DNA of 49,109 bases, from positions 1 to 49,109 of the forward strand of contig JAHDEO010000002.1 of the NCBI GenBank assembly GCA_020628725.1, read 5' to 3'. Position 1 is the stretch's first letter. Every line of letters starts with the position of its first letter. Made by a program: the position numbers and the translations under genes. This stretch comes from Saprospiraceae bacterium. Lineage in GTDB: Bacteria > Bacteroidota > Bacteroidia > Chitinophagales > Saprospiraceae. The notes under the pieces were generated by a model, which worked only from the letters and a program-made list of their open reading frames with translations, made no database searches and had not been told where the DNA came from. Positions 19,794 to 28,111 of this stretch are shown one piece after another.

Positions 19794-21503
19794 ATGAAAA
19801 AAATAAAATATATATTTCTTCCAATACTCGCCATCGTGATATTATTGACGGCATGTAGGGATGAGTTTTTAGATGTCGCACCAACCGGCTCATTGAGTGA
19901 TACGGAGCTATCTACTTTAGCGGGCGTCGAAGGTACTTTAATTGCGTCTTACTCCATGCTTTTGGGCAGAGGCGGCTTTTACAGCGATGCGACCAACTGG
20001 TTTTGGGGAAGCGTACTTGGAGGAGATGCCAATAAAGGCACCAACGAAGGTGACCAATCGCAAGTCAACGAAATTCAAGCCTATAGCACACAAACCAATA
20101 ATGGTTCTGTATTGGAAAAATACAGGACAAACTATGAAGGGATAGCGCGTGCCAATGCCACTTTAAAATTATTGGGTAACTCTACCACTATCGGGGCTGA
20201 TGATGCTACCCGCTTGCAAGGCGAGGCGAGGTTTTTAAGAGGACATTATTATTTTGGTTTGAAAAAGAACTTTAATAATACACCTTATGTAGATGAAAAC
20301 TGGGATGAAGTCACGGCTGTTGGTAATGATTCTGATTTGTGGAGTTTCATCGAAGCTGATTTCAAATTTGGCTATGACAACCTGCCCGGAACACAAAGTG
20401 ACGCAGGTAGAGCCAACAAATGGGCGGCAGGTGCCTATTATGCAAAGACTTTATTATTTCAAGGTAAATATGCCGAGGCTAAAGCGGTACTTGATGATGT
20501 CATCGCAAATGGCGTTACCGCCAGTGGAGAGCCTTATGGCTTAAATGACAATTATGCCGATGCTTTCTTCGCACCTAATGACAATAGCAAAGAGTCTGTC
20601 TTTGCAGTTCAAGCGGCTGCCGGAACCGGCTCTGTCAATAATGCCAATCCGGGACAGGTCTTAAATTTCCCTCATGGAGGTGGTGACAGACCGGGCGGAT
20701 GCTGCGGATTTTTCCAGCCAAGTATCGAACTGGCGAATAGCTTCCGTACAGGTGCAGATGGGCTTCCATTACTGGATGGTTCATACAATGACGCAGGCAA
20801 TGCTTTGGTAACTGACCAAGGTGTTTTTAGTGCCGATTCTTTTACGCCGGATGCAGGTAACTTGGACCCAAGACTCGACCATTCTATTGGTCGCAGAGGT
20901 ATTCCTTACTTAGATTGGGGCAATCATCCGGGTAGAGACTGGATACGTGACCAACCTTATGGTGGACCTTATTCTCCTAAGAAGTTTATCTATTACAGAG
21001 ATGTAGCAGGTAATAATGACGGTAGTTCTTGGACGCCGGGCTATACTACGGTCAATTATAATGTCATTCGTTATTCAGATGTACTTTTATGGGCAGCAGA
21101 ATGTGAGATTGAGTTGGGCAACCTTGATGCCGGTATGGATTTAATCAATATCGTAAGAGAAAGAGCTAAAAATTCTATGATTATGGATGGCGATATGCCT
21201 GCCGCTAATTATGTGATAGAACCTTACACATCTTTTGGCAGTCAGGACATGGCAAGAATGGCGTTGAGAATGGAGCGTAAATTAGAGCTTTCAGGAGAAG
21301 GACATCGTATGTATGACTTGGTCAGATGGGGTGTTGCCGAAAGTGTTTTGAATAACTATTTGGCTGTTGAAAATACCGTTTTGATTAATTCATCGTTCAA
21401 TGGTAGTTCATTCACATCAGGTAAAAATGAATATTTGCCGATTCCGCAAAATGAAATAGATTTGCTGGGAGCAGATATTTTGAAACAAAATCCGGGGTAT
21501 TAA
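19794..21503 (+). CDS. SusD/RagB-family nutrient-binding outer-membrane lipoprotein.
   Basis: 569 aa. It has a lipoprotein signal (MKKIKYIFLPILAIVILLTAC) and SusD-like TPR-type helices (GEARFLRGHYYFGLKKNF, YSDVLLWAAECEIELGN, ERKLELSGEGHRMYDLVRWG). It sits directly downstream of the SusC-like gene. Confidence 0.92.
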   Translation: MKKIKYIFLPILAIVILLTACRDEFLDVAPTGSLSDTELSTLAGVEGTLIASYSMLLGRGGFYSDATNWFWGSVLGGDANKGTNEGDQSQVNEIQAYSTQTNNGSVLEKYRTNYEGIARANATLKLLGNSTTIGADDATRLQGEARFLRGHYYFGLKKNFNNTPYVDENWDEVTAVGNDSDLWSFIEADFKFGYDNLPGTQSDAGRANKWAAGAYYAKTLLFQGKYAEAKAVLDDVIANGVTASGEPYGLNDNYADAFFAPNDNSKESVFAVQAAAGTGSVNNANPGQVLNFPHGGGDRPGGCCGFFQPSIELANSFRTGADGLPLLDGSYNDAGNALVTDQGVFSADSFTPDAGNLDPRLDHSIGRRGIPYLDWGNHPGRDWIRDQPYGGPYSPKKFIYYRDVAGNNDGSSWTPGYTTVNYNVIRYSDVLLWAAECEIELGNLDAGMDLINIVRERAKNSMIMDGDMPAANYVIEPYTSFGSQDMARMALRMERKLELSGEGHRMYDLVRWGVAESVLNNYLAVENTVLINSSFNGSSFTSGKNEYLPIPQNEIDLLGADILKQNPGY

Positions 21504-21539
21504 GAAAAATTCCAAAAAACAAATTCCAAATTCCAATTC
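21504..21539 (+). repeat. 36-nt element gaaaaattccaaaaaacaaattccaaattccaattc (AATTCCA heptamer family), copy 1.
   Basis: It is 36/36 identical to the reverse complement of 34062-34097 and about 33/36 identical to 30564-30600. It starts immediately after the susD stop codon. Confidence 0.85.
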
Positions 21540-21574
21540 ACACGTATTCTATATGATATTTTATTGGAATTTGG
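21526..21574 (+). other. Hairpin formed by the AATTCCA element downstream of susD.
   Basis: ccaaattccaat (21526-21537) is perfectly complementary to attggaatttgg (21563-21574). A further gaatttgggattt lies at 21581-21593. Confidence 0.5.
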
Positions 21575-21600
21575 TGCTTAGAATTTGGGATTTGCTAATA

Positions 21601-21640
21601 AATGGTCTGACAACTCATCATGTTGTCAGACCATTTTTTA
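21601..21640 (+). terminator. Canonical intrinsic terminator of the susC/susD unit.
   Basis: The 14-bp perfect stem is aatggtctgacaac (21601-21614) with gttgtcagaccatt (21622-21635). The loop is 7 nt (tcatcat) and is followed by a T-run (tttttta). Confidence 0.8.
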
Positions 21641-21757
21641 TTGTACAGGCGATTTCAATCGACATGTAAAAATAAATTAAATTTGTAAAACATTTATTTT
21701 AAGTGAATTACAAACAATAGACATACTACACATGACGAATGAATTCGCCTGTACAAT
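21640..21757. promoter_or_regulatory. Long inverted repeat upstream of the toxin-antitoxin pair (candidate operator).
   Basis: attgtacaggcga (21640-21652) is perfectly complementary to tcgcctgtacaat (21745-21757). The arms extend imperfectly to about 27 nt (to catg at 21663-21666 and 21731-21734). The AT-rich 64-nt centre has an inner tttgtaa/ttacaaa pair. The right arm ends 50 nt before the ATG at 21807. Confidence 0.5.
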
Positions 21758-21806
21758 ATTGCGACTTCCATTATTATTTCGTAAATTAGCCGATAAATAA
21801 ATTGTC

Positions 21807-22046
21807 ATGGTTAATACACAACAATTATATCAAAAAATAGAAGCCTTGCCGGACGAGTTACTCCCACAAGTCGCTGATTATGTGGATTTTTTGATATTTA
21901 AAAATAACCTTAACGATAACGAACTTTCAGACGAAGTCAAGACCGAATTAGACCAACGTTATCAAGACTATTTGGAAAATCCTGATAGCGCTATTCCATT
22001 GAAAGTCGTAAAGGATGAACTGATACAGAAATATGGAAAAGTATGA
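21807..22046 (+). CDS. Putative type II antitoxin (addiction-module component family).
   Basis: 79 aa and acidic. The N-terminal LPDELLPQVADYVDFL and C-terminal ..LDQRYQDYLENPDSAIPLKVVKDELIQKY resemble addiction-module antitoxin components. It overlaps the downstream ParE/RelE-like ORF by 14 nt. Confidence 0.6.
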   Translation: MVNTQQLYQKIEALPDELLPQVADYVDFLIFKNNLNDNELSDEVKTELDQRYQDYLENPDSAIPLKVVKDELIQKYGKV

Positions 22047-22356
22047 TGTCGTCACAACGCCCGCTGCCCGACTTGATTTGGACGATGCTGTTGCTTGGTA
22101 TGAATCTAAAAAAGAAGGGCTTGGCATTGATTTCCTCATCGAATTTTATGACGAATTCACATACATTGAAAATAATCCAAAAATATATCAAGTCGTTTAC
22201 GGTGAATTTCGTCGGTTCCAAATGAAGCGTTTTCCTTATTTGGCATTTTATCGAATTGATGACCGCACTTCGTATATGCGAGTGGTCATTGTTGCTGTTT
22301 TACATGTTAATAGCGGTCCTGAAAAATTGAAGCGACGACTCGGTGAAGATGTTTAA
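22033..22356 (+). CDS. Type II toxin, RelE/ParE family.
   Basis: 107 aa. The pattern is YDVV.T..A..DL.DAV.WY..........F..EF......I..NP..Y..V.GEFRR....RFPY.AFYRI.D.....V.IVAVLH, typical of ParE/plasmid-stabilisation toxins. It is translationally coupled to the upstream small ORF. Confidence 0.75.
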   Translation: MEKYDVVTTPAARLDLDDAVAWYESKKEGLGIDFLIEFYDEFTYIENNPKIYQVVYGEFRRFQMKRFPYLAFYRIDDRTSYMRVVIVAVLHVNSGPEKLKRRLGEDV

Positions 22357-22430
22357 ACGCATCATTTAGAAGGGATAACAAAGCAATGAAATCATTTTTA
22401 TGAAAAATCCATCTATGGAATAATCGCCAC

Positions 22431-25400
22431 ATGAGAAAAATACCATTCCTAATCTTTTCAGATACTTCGAAAATTTCTACCCACGCTCAAACCTATAAGG
22501 TTTCCAAAAACCTTATAGGTTTTGCACTGCCCTCCATAATTTTATCAGTCATCCTATCCTCCTGCGTCCAAGATACCGAACAAGCAACTACCAACACAAA
22601 AATCTTCTCCCCACTTTCCGCCAAACAATCCGGTATTCAATTCGCCAATAACCTGACGGAAGATTCTAAGGTCAATTATTTTACCTATCCATACCTTTAT
22701 ATGGGCGGCGGAGTCGCTATCGGCGATGTCAATAATGACGGATTGCAGGACATTTATTTCACCGGAAATATGGTCGAAAATAAATTATATCTGAATAAAG
22801 GCGATTTAAAATTTGAAGACATCAGCCAACAAGCAGGCGTAACGAGCGACGACAGATGGGTAACAGGCGTGACAATGGCAGATGTCAATGCAGATGGCTG
22901 GATGGATATTTATGTGAGTGTTTCCGGGAAATTTACCGACACAAAAAACCAATTATACATTAATCAAGGATTGGACGATAAGGGTTTGCCTGTTTTCAAA
23001 GAAGAAGCCGAAGTGAGAGGCGTGGCTGACGAGGGCAACACCACACAAGGCACTTTTTTCGATTATGATAATGATGGTGATTTGGATTTATACTTAGCCA
23101 ATTATCCACCGACGGGATTTAAAACGCCCAATTATTCGTATGCGATTTTTATTAAAGAAAAATTACCCGAAAAATCAGACAAACTCTATCAAAACGATGG
23201 CAAAGGCAAGTTCAAAGACGTAACGGAAGCCGCCGGAATCAGCAATTTCGGTTTATCGCTCAATGCCACTGCGGGCGACTTCAATCAGGATGGCTGGCAG
23301 GATATTTATGTGTCGAATGACTTTGCAACCCCCGATTTATTTTATTTCAATAATGGCGATGGTACGTTTAGCGAACATGGCAAAACGGTCACGCAACACA
23401 CCGCCTACTTTGGCATGGGAACGGATGCCGGCGACCTCAATAATGACGGCTTACTCGACATCATTCAAATGGATATGACCCCCGCAGACAACCAAAGAAA
23501 TAAAGCAAATATGGCGAGTATGGACATTCCCCGTTTTTGGGAAATGGTCAATTACGGAATGCATTATCAATACATGCAAAATGCGGTACAATTGAATAAT
23601 GGCGTACTCGAAAACGGGCTGCCTCATTTCAGTGATATTGCGCGGATTACGGGCATGTCTTCTACCGATTGGAGTTGGGCGGGACTGTTGGCGGATTTGG
23701 ATAATGACGGCTGGAAAGACGTTTTTGTGACCAATGGTACTCGGAGAGATATTAATAATAAAGACTATTTTGATAAGATTGATAAAATGCCTTATTCCCA
23801 AAGAAAAAAAATCAATCAACTCGAAAAATCGCTCAACATTCCCTCACAAGCCGTTGATAATTATGCTTTTAAAAATAACGGTGATTTGACCTTTCAGTCG
23901 GTGATAAAAGACTGGGGATTAAGTTTTGAAGGCTTCTCCAATGGCGCGAGTTATGCTGATTTGGATAATGACGGCGACCTTGAAATGGTCATTAATAATA
24001 TTGATGCCGAGGCGATTATTTTTAAAAATCATACGGTAGAAAACGGGCAGGGAAATTTCCTGAGAATCCAACTTAAAGGCAGCGCGAAAAATCCGCAAGG
24101 CTTAGGCACAAAATTAACCCTGCATCTTGGCGAACAAATTCAATATCAGGAATTGACGCTGACGCGCGGTTTTCAATCTTCCGTAGAACCGATTGTTCAT
24201 TTTGGATTAGGAGAGAGAACGAAAGTAGATAAATTGGAGGTGATTTGGCAGGATGGTAAAAGGGAAATTTTAGAGGATATTTCAGCCAATCAATTATTAA
24301 ATATTTATTATAAAAATGCAAAAAACATTTCCCAAAAACAAACCGCGTCCGCGAATCGTCTTTTTACAAATATCACAGATAAAATTGCGATTAATTACCG
24401 ACACAAAGAAAATAATTTTGACGATTATCAATACGAAATCCTCTTGCCGCATCGCTACTCTATGAACGGTCCCGCTTTAGCCGTTGCGGATGTGAATGGG
24501 GATGGATTGGATGATTTTTATGTTGGTGGTGCGAAGGGGCATGCGGGAGTTTTGTACTTGCAGAAAAATGAAACGACCTTTGAACCAATCAGTCAGAATG
24601 TATGGGAAAGCGATGCCAATTACGAAGACATCGGCGCGACTTTTTTTGATGCGGATAAGGACGGCGATATGGATTTGTACGTCGTCAGTGGCGGCAATGA
24701 AAGCAAAGCCAATGACCCGAATTATCAAGACCGATTGTATCTGAATACCGGAAAAGGCAATTTTGAAAAAACGGAAAATGCCCTGCCCACGATGCGTGCG
24801 AGTGGTTCGCGGGTCAGATTTGCGGACTATGACGGGGATGGCGATATGGATGTATTTGTAGGTGGGCGCATCGTTCCGCAGTCTTATCCGAATCCGGCGA
24901 AAAGTTATATATTAAAAAATGAACTCACCGAATCCGGTCAATTAAAATTCACGGATGCTACGGAAGCCGTCGCGCCCATGCTCACCCAAGCGGGCTTGGT
25001 CACGGACGGCGCATGGCTTGATTTTGACGGCGATGAGGACTTGGATTTGGTGATTGTAGGCGAATGGATGCCCATTACTTTTCTGCAAAACCGCGACGGA
25101 AAATTGGTGGATAAAACCGCCGATTATGGCTTGGAGCAATCAACGGGTTGGTGGTACAGCATCTTGGCGAATGACCTCAATAAGGACGGAAAGCCGGATT
25201 TAATCGCCGGAAATTTGGGCTTAAATTATAAATACCAAGCCAGCGCGGAAGCCTCTTTCGATGTCTATGCCAATGATTATGACAAAAACGGAAAACTCGA
25301 TATTGTCTTGGGTTTTTATGAGGATGGCGTACAATATCCTTTGCGCGGAAGGCAGTGTTCGTCCGAGCAAATTCCGACCATAAAATACAAATACAAAGAT

Positions 25401-25856
25401 TATAACAGCTTTGCGGATGCTACGCTCGAAGATGTTTATACGGCACAGGATTTGAAAAAATCTTATCATCTGCAAGCTAAAAATTTTGCCAGTAGCCTCC
25501 TCCTCAATCAAGGCGCAGCCCGATTTGACCTCCAAAACCTCCCCAACGAAGCCCAACTCTCCTCCGTCAACGGCATCATCGCCGAAGATTTCAACGCGGA
25601 CGGCTATACCGACTTATTATTAGCGGGCAATTTATTCTCCTCAGAAGTCGAAACGCCCCGCAACGATGCGAGTTACGGGCATGTATTACTGGGCAATAAA
25701 GACGGCAGCTACCAAGTCCTGCCCTACGCCCAAAGCGGTTTTAGTCTCGGCAAAGACAGCAAACATATCGCCACCCTCAACACTCAAAACGGACGACTCA
25801 TCATCGTCGCAAATAATAATGATGTGTTGCAGTTTTTTCGGTGGAATGAGTTTTAA
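22431..25856 (+). CDS. CRTAC1-family lipoprotein with FG-GAP/VCBS repeats and an ASPIC/UnbV domain.
   Basis: 1,141 aa. It has a lipobox (..SVILSSC). Many repeats follow the D.N.DG..D(I/L/V)(Y/F) pattern (DVNNDGLQDIYFTG, DVNADGWMDIYVS, DYDNDGDLDLYLAN, DFNQDGWQDIYVSN, DLDNDGWKDVFVTNG). A central UnbV_ASPIC-like segment reads FLRIQLKGSAKNPQGLGTKLTL..TRGFQSSVEPIVHFGLG. A second FG-GAP block follows. The exact start is uncertain. Confidence 0.85.
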   Translation: MRKIPFLIFSDTSKISTHAQTYKVSKNLIGFALPSIILSVILSSCVQDTEQATTNTKIFSPLSAKQSGIQFANNLTEDSKVNYFTYPYLYMGGGVAIGDVNNDGLQDIYFTGNMVENKLYLNKGDLKFEDISQQAGVTSDDRWVTGVTMADVNADGWMDIYVSVSGKFTDTKNQLYINQGLDDKGLPVFKEEAEVRGVADEGNTTQGTFFDYDNDGDLDLYLANYPPTGFKTPNYSYAIFIKEKLPEKSDKLYQNDGKGKFKDVTEAAGISNFGLSLNATAGDFNQDGWQDIYVSNDFATPDLFYFNNGDGTFSEHGKTVTQHTAYFGMGTDAGDLNNDGLLDIIQMDMTPADNQRNKANMASMDIPRFWEMVNYGMHYQYMQNAVQLNNGVLENGLPHFSDIARITGMSSTDWSWAGLLADLDNDGWKDVFVTNGTRRDINNKDYFDKIDKMPYSQRKKINQLEKSLNIPSQAVDNYAFKNNGDLTFQSVIKDWGLSFEGFSNGASYADLDNDGDLEMVINNIDAEAIIFKNHTVENGQGNFLRIQLKGSAKNPQGLGTKLTLHLGEQIQYQELTLTRGFQSSVEPIVHFGLGERTKVDKLEVIWQDGKREILEDISANQLLNIYYKNAKNISQKQTASANRLFTNITDKIAINYRHKENNFDDYQYEILLPHRYSMNGPALAVADVNGDGLDDFYVGGAKGHAGVLYLQKNETTFEPISQNVWESDANYEDIGATFFDADKDGDMDLYVVSGGNESKANDPNYQDRLYLNTGKGNFEKTENALPTMRASGSRVRFADYDGDGDMDVFVGGRIVPQSYPNPAKSYILKNELTESGQLKFTDATEAVAPMLTQAGLVTDGAWLDFDGDEDLDLVIVGEWMPITFLQNRDGKLVDKTADYGLEQSTGWWYSILANDLNKDGKPDLIAGNLGLNYKYQASAEASFDVYANDYDKNGKLDIVLGFYEDGVQYPLRGRQCSSEQIPTIKYKYKDYNSFADATLEDVYTAQDLKKSYHLQAKNFASSLLLNQGAARFDLQNLPNEAQLSSVNGIIAEDFNADGYTDLLLAGNLFSSEVETPRNDASYGHVLLGNKDGSYQVLPYAQSGFSLGKDSKHIATLNTQNGRLIIVANNNDVLQFFRWNEF

Positions 25857-26036
25857 AAAATAGCCTGTCCCAAAATCTTTAAACTCATATCTGGGTAAGG
25901 TAGGAAAATGGGAGTTTATTAAGTGATTAGTATTTTTCGCAAGTCAACTTATAAACTCAATAAACTCTATGCTTGACCATTATTCTCTAAAAAAACCTTA
26001 TCTTTGAACAAAGGATATTCAAAAAAAATATTTCAT

Positions 26037-26882
26037 ATGAATCGTTTCATCCCAATTCTGGTTTTGCTGTTATCTTCTATTTCACTACAAGCACAAAGCC
26101 CGTGGACACAGGAAAAAGGTGGTGGTTTTGGTCAATTATCTTTTATGTCCATTCCAACTTATAACTCTTTTTTTACAAAAGATTTTGAAGATGCATCCAG
26201 AATTTCCGACCAAAGTTACACGGAAATTGGCGCACAGATTTATGTCGAATACGGTATCTTAGAAAACACAACTATTGTGTTGGATGCACCTTTCAAAGTA
26301 TTGAATGCTTCTGAGCCAAATGTCAATCCATCACCTCTCGAAGCGGGTACACTTGCAGGTTTAGGAAATATAAGACTTGCTGTGCGTCAGGGTATTCTCA
26401 CTGAAGGTGTGCGTCTTGCGGGACAGCTATTAGCCGAACTGCCTACAAGAAGTCAAGACGACGCAACAGGGCTTCGCACCGGATACGATGCTTGGACTAT
26501 ACAACCAAGTTTGAGTGTCGGCGGTGGCTTGGGTAAAGGCTATATTTATGGATATGGCGGTGTAGGATTTCGTACAAACGAATACAGCACCTTTTGGAAT
26601 GTAGGTCTTGAAGGCGGTTATAATCCTTTCGAGCCGTTTTGGGCGATGCTATTTTTTGATGTCTACCAATCTTTTGAAGATGGTAATCGCATGGATATTA
26701 TGAGTTATCGCGAGTCCGGCTTCTATGTAAATGACCAAGCATGGGCATCGCTCGGTATCAAATTATTGTATAAGTTTAATGATAAACTCGGCTTGACGGC
26801 TTCTACGACACTCGCTGCTTTCGCAGGACATCAAGTCCCACAATCTCCCTCATTGGCTATTGGTGTATTTACAGAATGGTGA
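26037..26882 (+). CDS. Hypothetical outer-membrane beta-barrel protein.
   Basis: I trimmed the ORF-track TTG start (26004) to the ATG at 26037, which gives a clean signal peptide (MNRFIPILVLLLSSISLQAQ). The sequence has alternating amphipathic Gly/Tyr-rich strands and an aromatic C-terminus (..GVFTEW). I recognise no family with confidence. Confidence 0.6.
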   Translation: MNRFIPILVLLLSSISLQAQSPWTQEKGGGFGQLSFMSIPTYNSFFTKDFEDASRISDQSYTEIGAQIYVEYGILENTTIVLDAPFKVLNASEPNVNPSPLEAGTLAGLGNIRLAVRQGILTEGVRLAGQLLAELPTRSQDDATGLRTGYDAWTIQPSLSVGGGLGKGYIYGYGGVGFRTNEYSTFWNVGLEGGYNPFEPFWAMLFFDVYQSFEDGNRMDIMSYRESGFYVNDQAWASLGIKLLYKFNDKLGLTASTTLAAFAGHQVPQSPSLAIGVFTEW

Positions 26883-26886
26883 GGAA

Positions 26887-27160
26887 TTTTTGATTTTTAA
26901 TTCAGTGATTTTTGATTAAGGAACGCGAGATAAATAAGTTTACCAACTTGGGTAGGTTATTTTGTGCTTAGTTTTCGTCTTGAAAGAGGGCGTTTATCTG
27001 GATAAATAACTGATTTCAAGGCGGAAAATAAGTGCAAAAGAAGCAGCCAAGATGGTAAAGTTATTTTTGTCGCGTTCCTAAACTTCGCTACGCGAAATAA
27101 CAGGAATTTTGCTTCGCAAAATTTAATCAAAAATCAAAAATCATTGAATCAAAAATCAAA
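26887..27160. repeat. Imperfect palindrome of about 274 bp filling the convergent spacer and reaching the lipA stop codon.
   Basis: The outer arms are tttttgatttttaattcagtgatttttgattaa (26887-26919) and ttaatcaaaaatcaaaaatcattgaatcaaaaatcaaa (27123-27160). ggaacgcga (26920-26928) is perfectly complementary to tcgcgttcc (27070-27078). Pairing continues at about 75-80% to the tip: cttgaaa/tttcaag (26979-26985 and 27014-27020) and gtttat/ataaat. The right arm carries an extra ~45 nt (27079-27122). Confidence 0.75.
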
Positions 27161-28025
27161 TATGTTTTTCCGCATGATAAGAAGAACGCACCAATGGTCC
27201 GCTTTCTACATAATCAAATCCTTTACTTAGCCCGACTTCTTTGTACATGGCAAAAGTATCGGGATGTACGAATTTTTCTACATTTAAATGCAGCTTGGTA
27301 GGTTGGAGATATTGCCCGATGGTGAGTACGTCGCAACCATGAGCAACCAAGTCGTCCATGATTTCAAATACTTCCTCGTCCGTTTCGCCTAAGCCGACCA
27401 TGATGCCGGATTTGGTGCGTTTGCCGTAATCTTTTGTGCGTTGGATTTGTTCGAGACTGCGTTGGTATTTGGCTTGAGGACGCACTTTCCGATAGAGACT
27501 TTTGACTGTCTCCATATTGTGCGATACGACTTCTTGCCCCGCGCTAATCATCGTTTCGAGTGCTTCCCAATTGCCACGCACATCAGGGATGAGCGTCTCA
27601 ATTGTCGTGTCAGGGCAGCGTTCCTTTACATCACGTACCGTTGCGTGCCAAATGGCTGCGCCTCTATCTTTCAATTCATCGCGATTCACGGAGGTGATGA
27701 CCGCATGTTTGACTTTCATCAACTCAATCGCCTCGGCTACGCGACGTGGTTCGTCTTCATCGTACTCATTCGGACGTCCTGTTTTTACTGCACAAAACGA
27801 GCAGGAGCGCGTACAAGTATTTCCCAAAATCATAAATGTTGCTGTACCTGCACCCCAGCATTCTCCCATGTTCGGGCAATGCCCACTTTGGCAAATGGTA
27901 TGCAACTTATATTCATCCACAATACTGCGGACGTTACGGTACGTCTCACCCATCGGCAATTTGACGCGCAACCAGTCGGGCTTGTGCCGACGTTCCTCTT
28001 TTTTGACTACCGGTAAATCTATCAT
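27156..28025 (-). CDS. lipA: Lipoyl synthase.
   Basis: 289 aa. It has the N-terminal cluster motif CPNMGECW and the radical-SAM motif [10 protein letters not shown]. The sequence is typical LipA throughout (..[23 protein letters not shown]..). Confidence 0.97.
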   Translation of the reverse strand: MIDLPVVKKEERRHKPDWLRVKLPMGETYRNVRSIVDEYKLHTICQSGHCPNMGECWGAGTATFMILGNTCTRSCSFCAVKTGRPNEYDEDEPRRVAEAIELMKVKHAVITSVNRDELKDRGAAIWHATVRDVKERCPDTTIETLIPDVRGNWEALETMISAGQEVVSHNMETVKSLYRKVRPQAKYQRSLEQIQRTKDYGKRTKSGIMVGLGETDEEVFEIMDDLVAHGCDVLTIGQYLQPTKLHLNVEKFVHPDTFAMYKEVGLSKGFDYVESGPLVRSSYHAEKHI

Positions 28026-28030
28026 TGTTT

Positions 28031-28110
28031 GTTGTGTTGACGAGTTGATGTGTTCACGAGTTGATGAATCAAGTAAATACCGTCAATTCATCAACTCGTC
28101 AACACATCAA
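28031..28110 (-). other. Intercistronic hairpin with a tandem 16-nt unit in one arm.
   Basis: ttgatgtgttcacgagttgatgaat (28045-28069) and attcatcaactcgtcaacacatcaa (28086-28110) are 24/25 complementary with a 16-nt loop. The left arm is a tandem duplication: tgtgttgacgagttga (28034-28049) followed by tgtgttcacgagttga (28050-28065). It lies between the stop of the 28112-28873 gene and the lipA start. Confidence 0.7.
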
Positions 28111-28111
28111 T

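Noticed and set aside
26004-26036. N-terminal extensions given by the ORF track. Examples are TTG 26004, and likewise 30396-30488, 34118-34168 and 39616-39633.
   Set aside because: In each case an internal ATG gives a canonical signal peptide or sensible N-terminus. The extension runs through intergenic hairpin or operator-like sequence, so I trimmed the starts. These trims are inferences, not proven.
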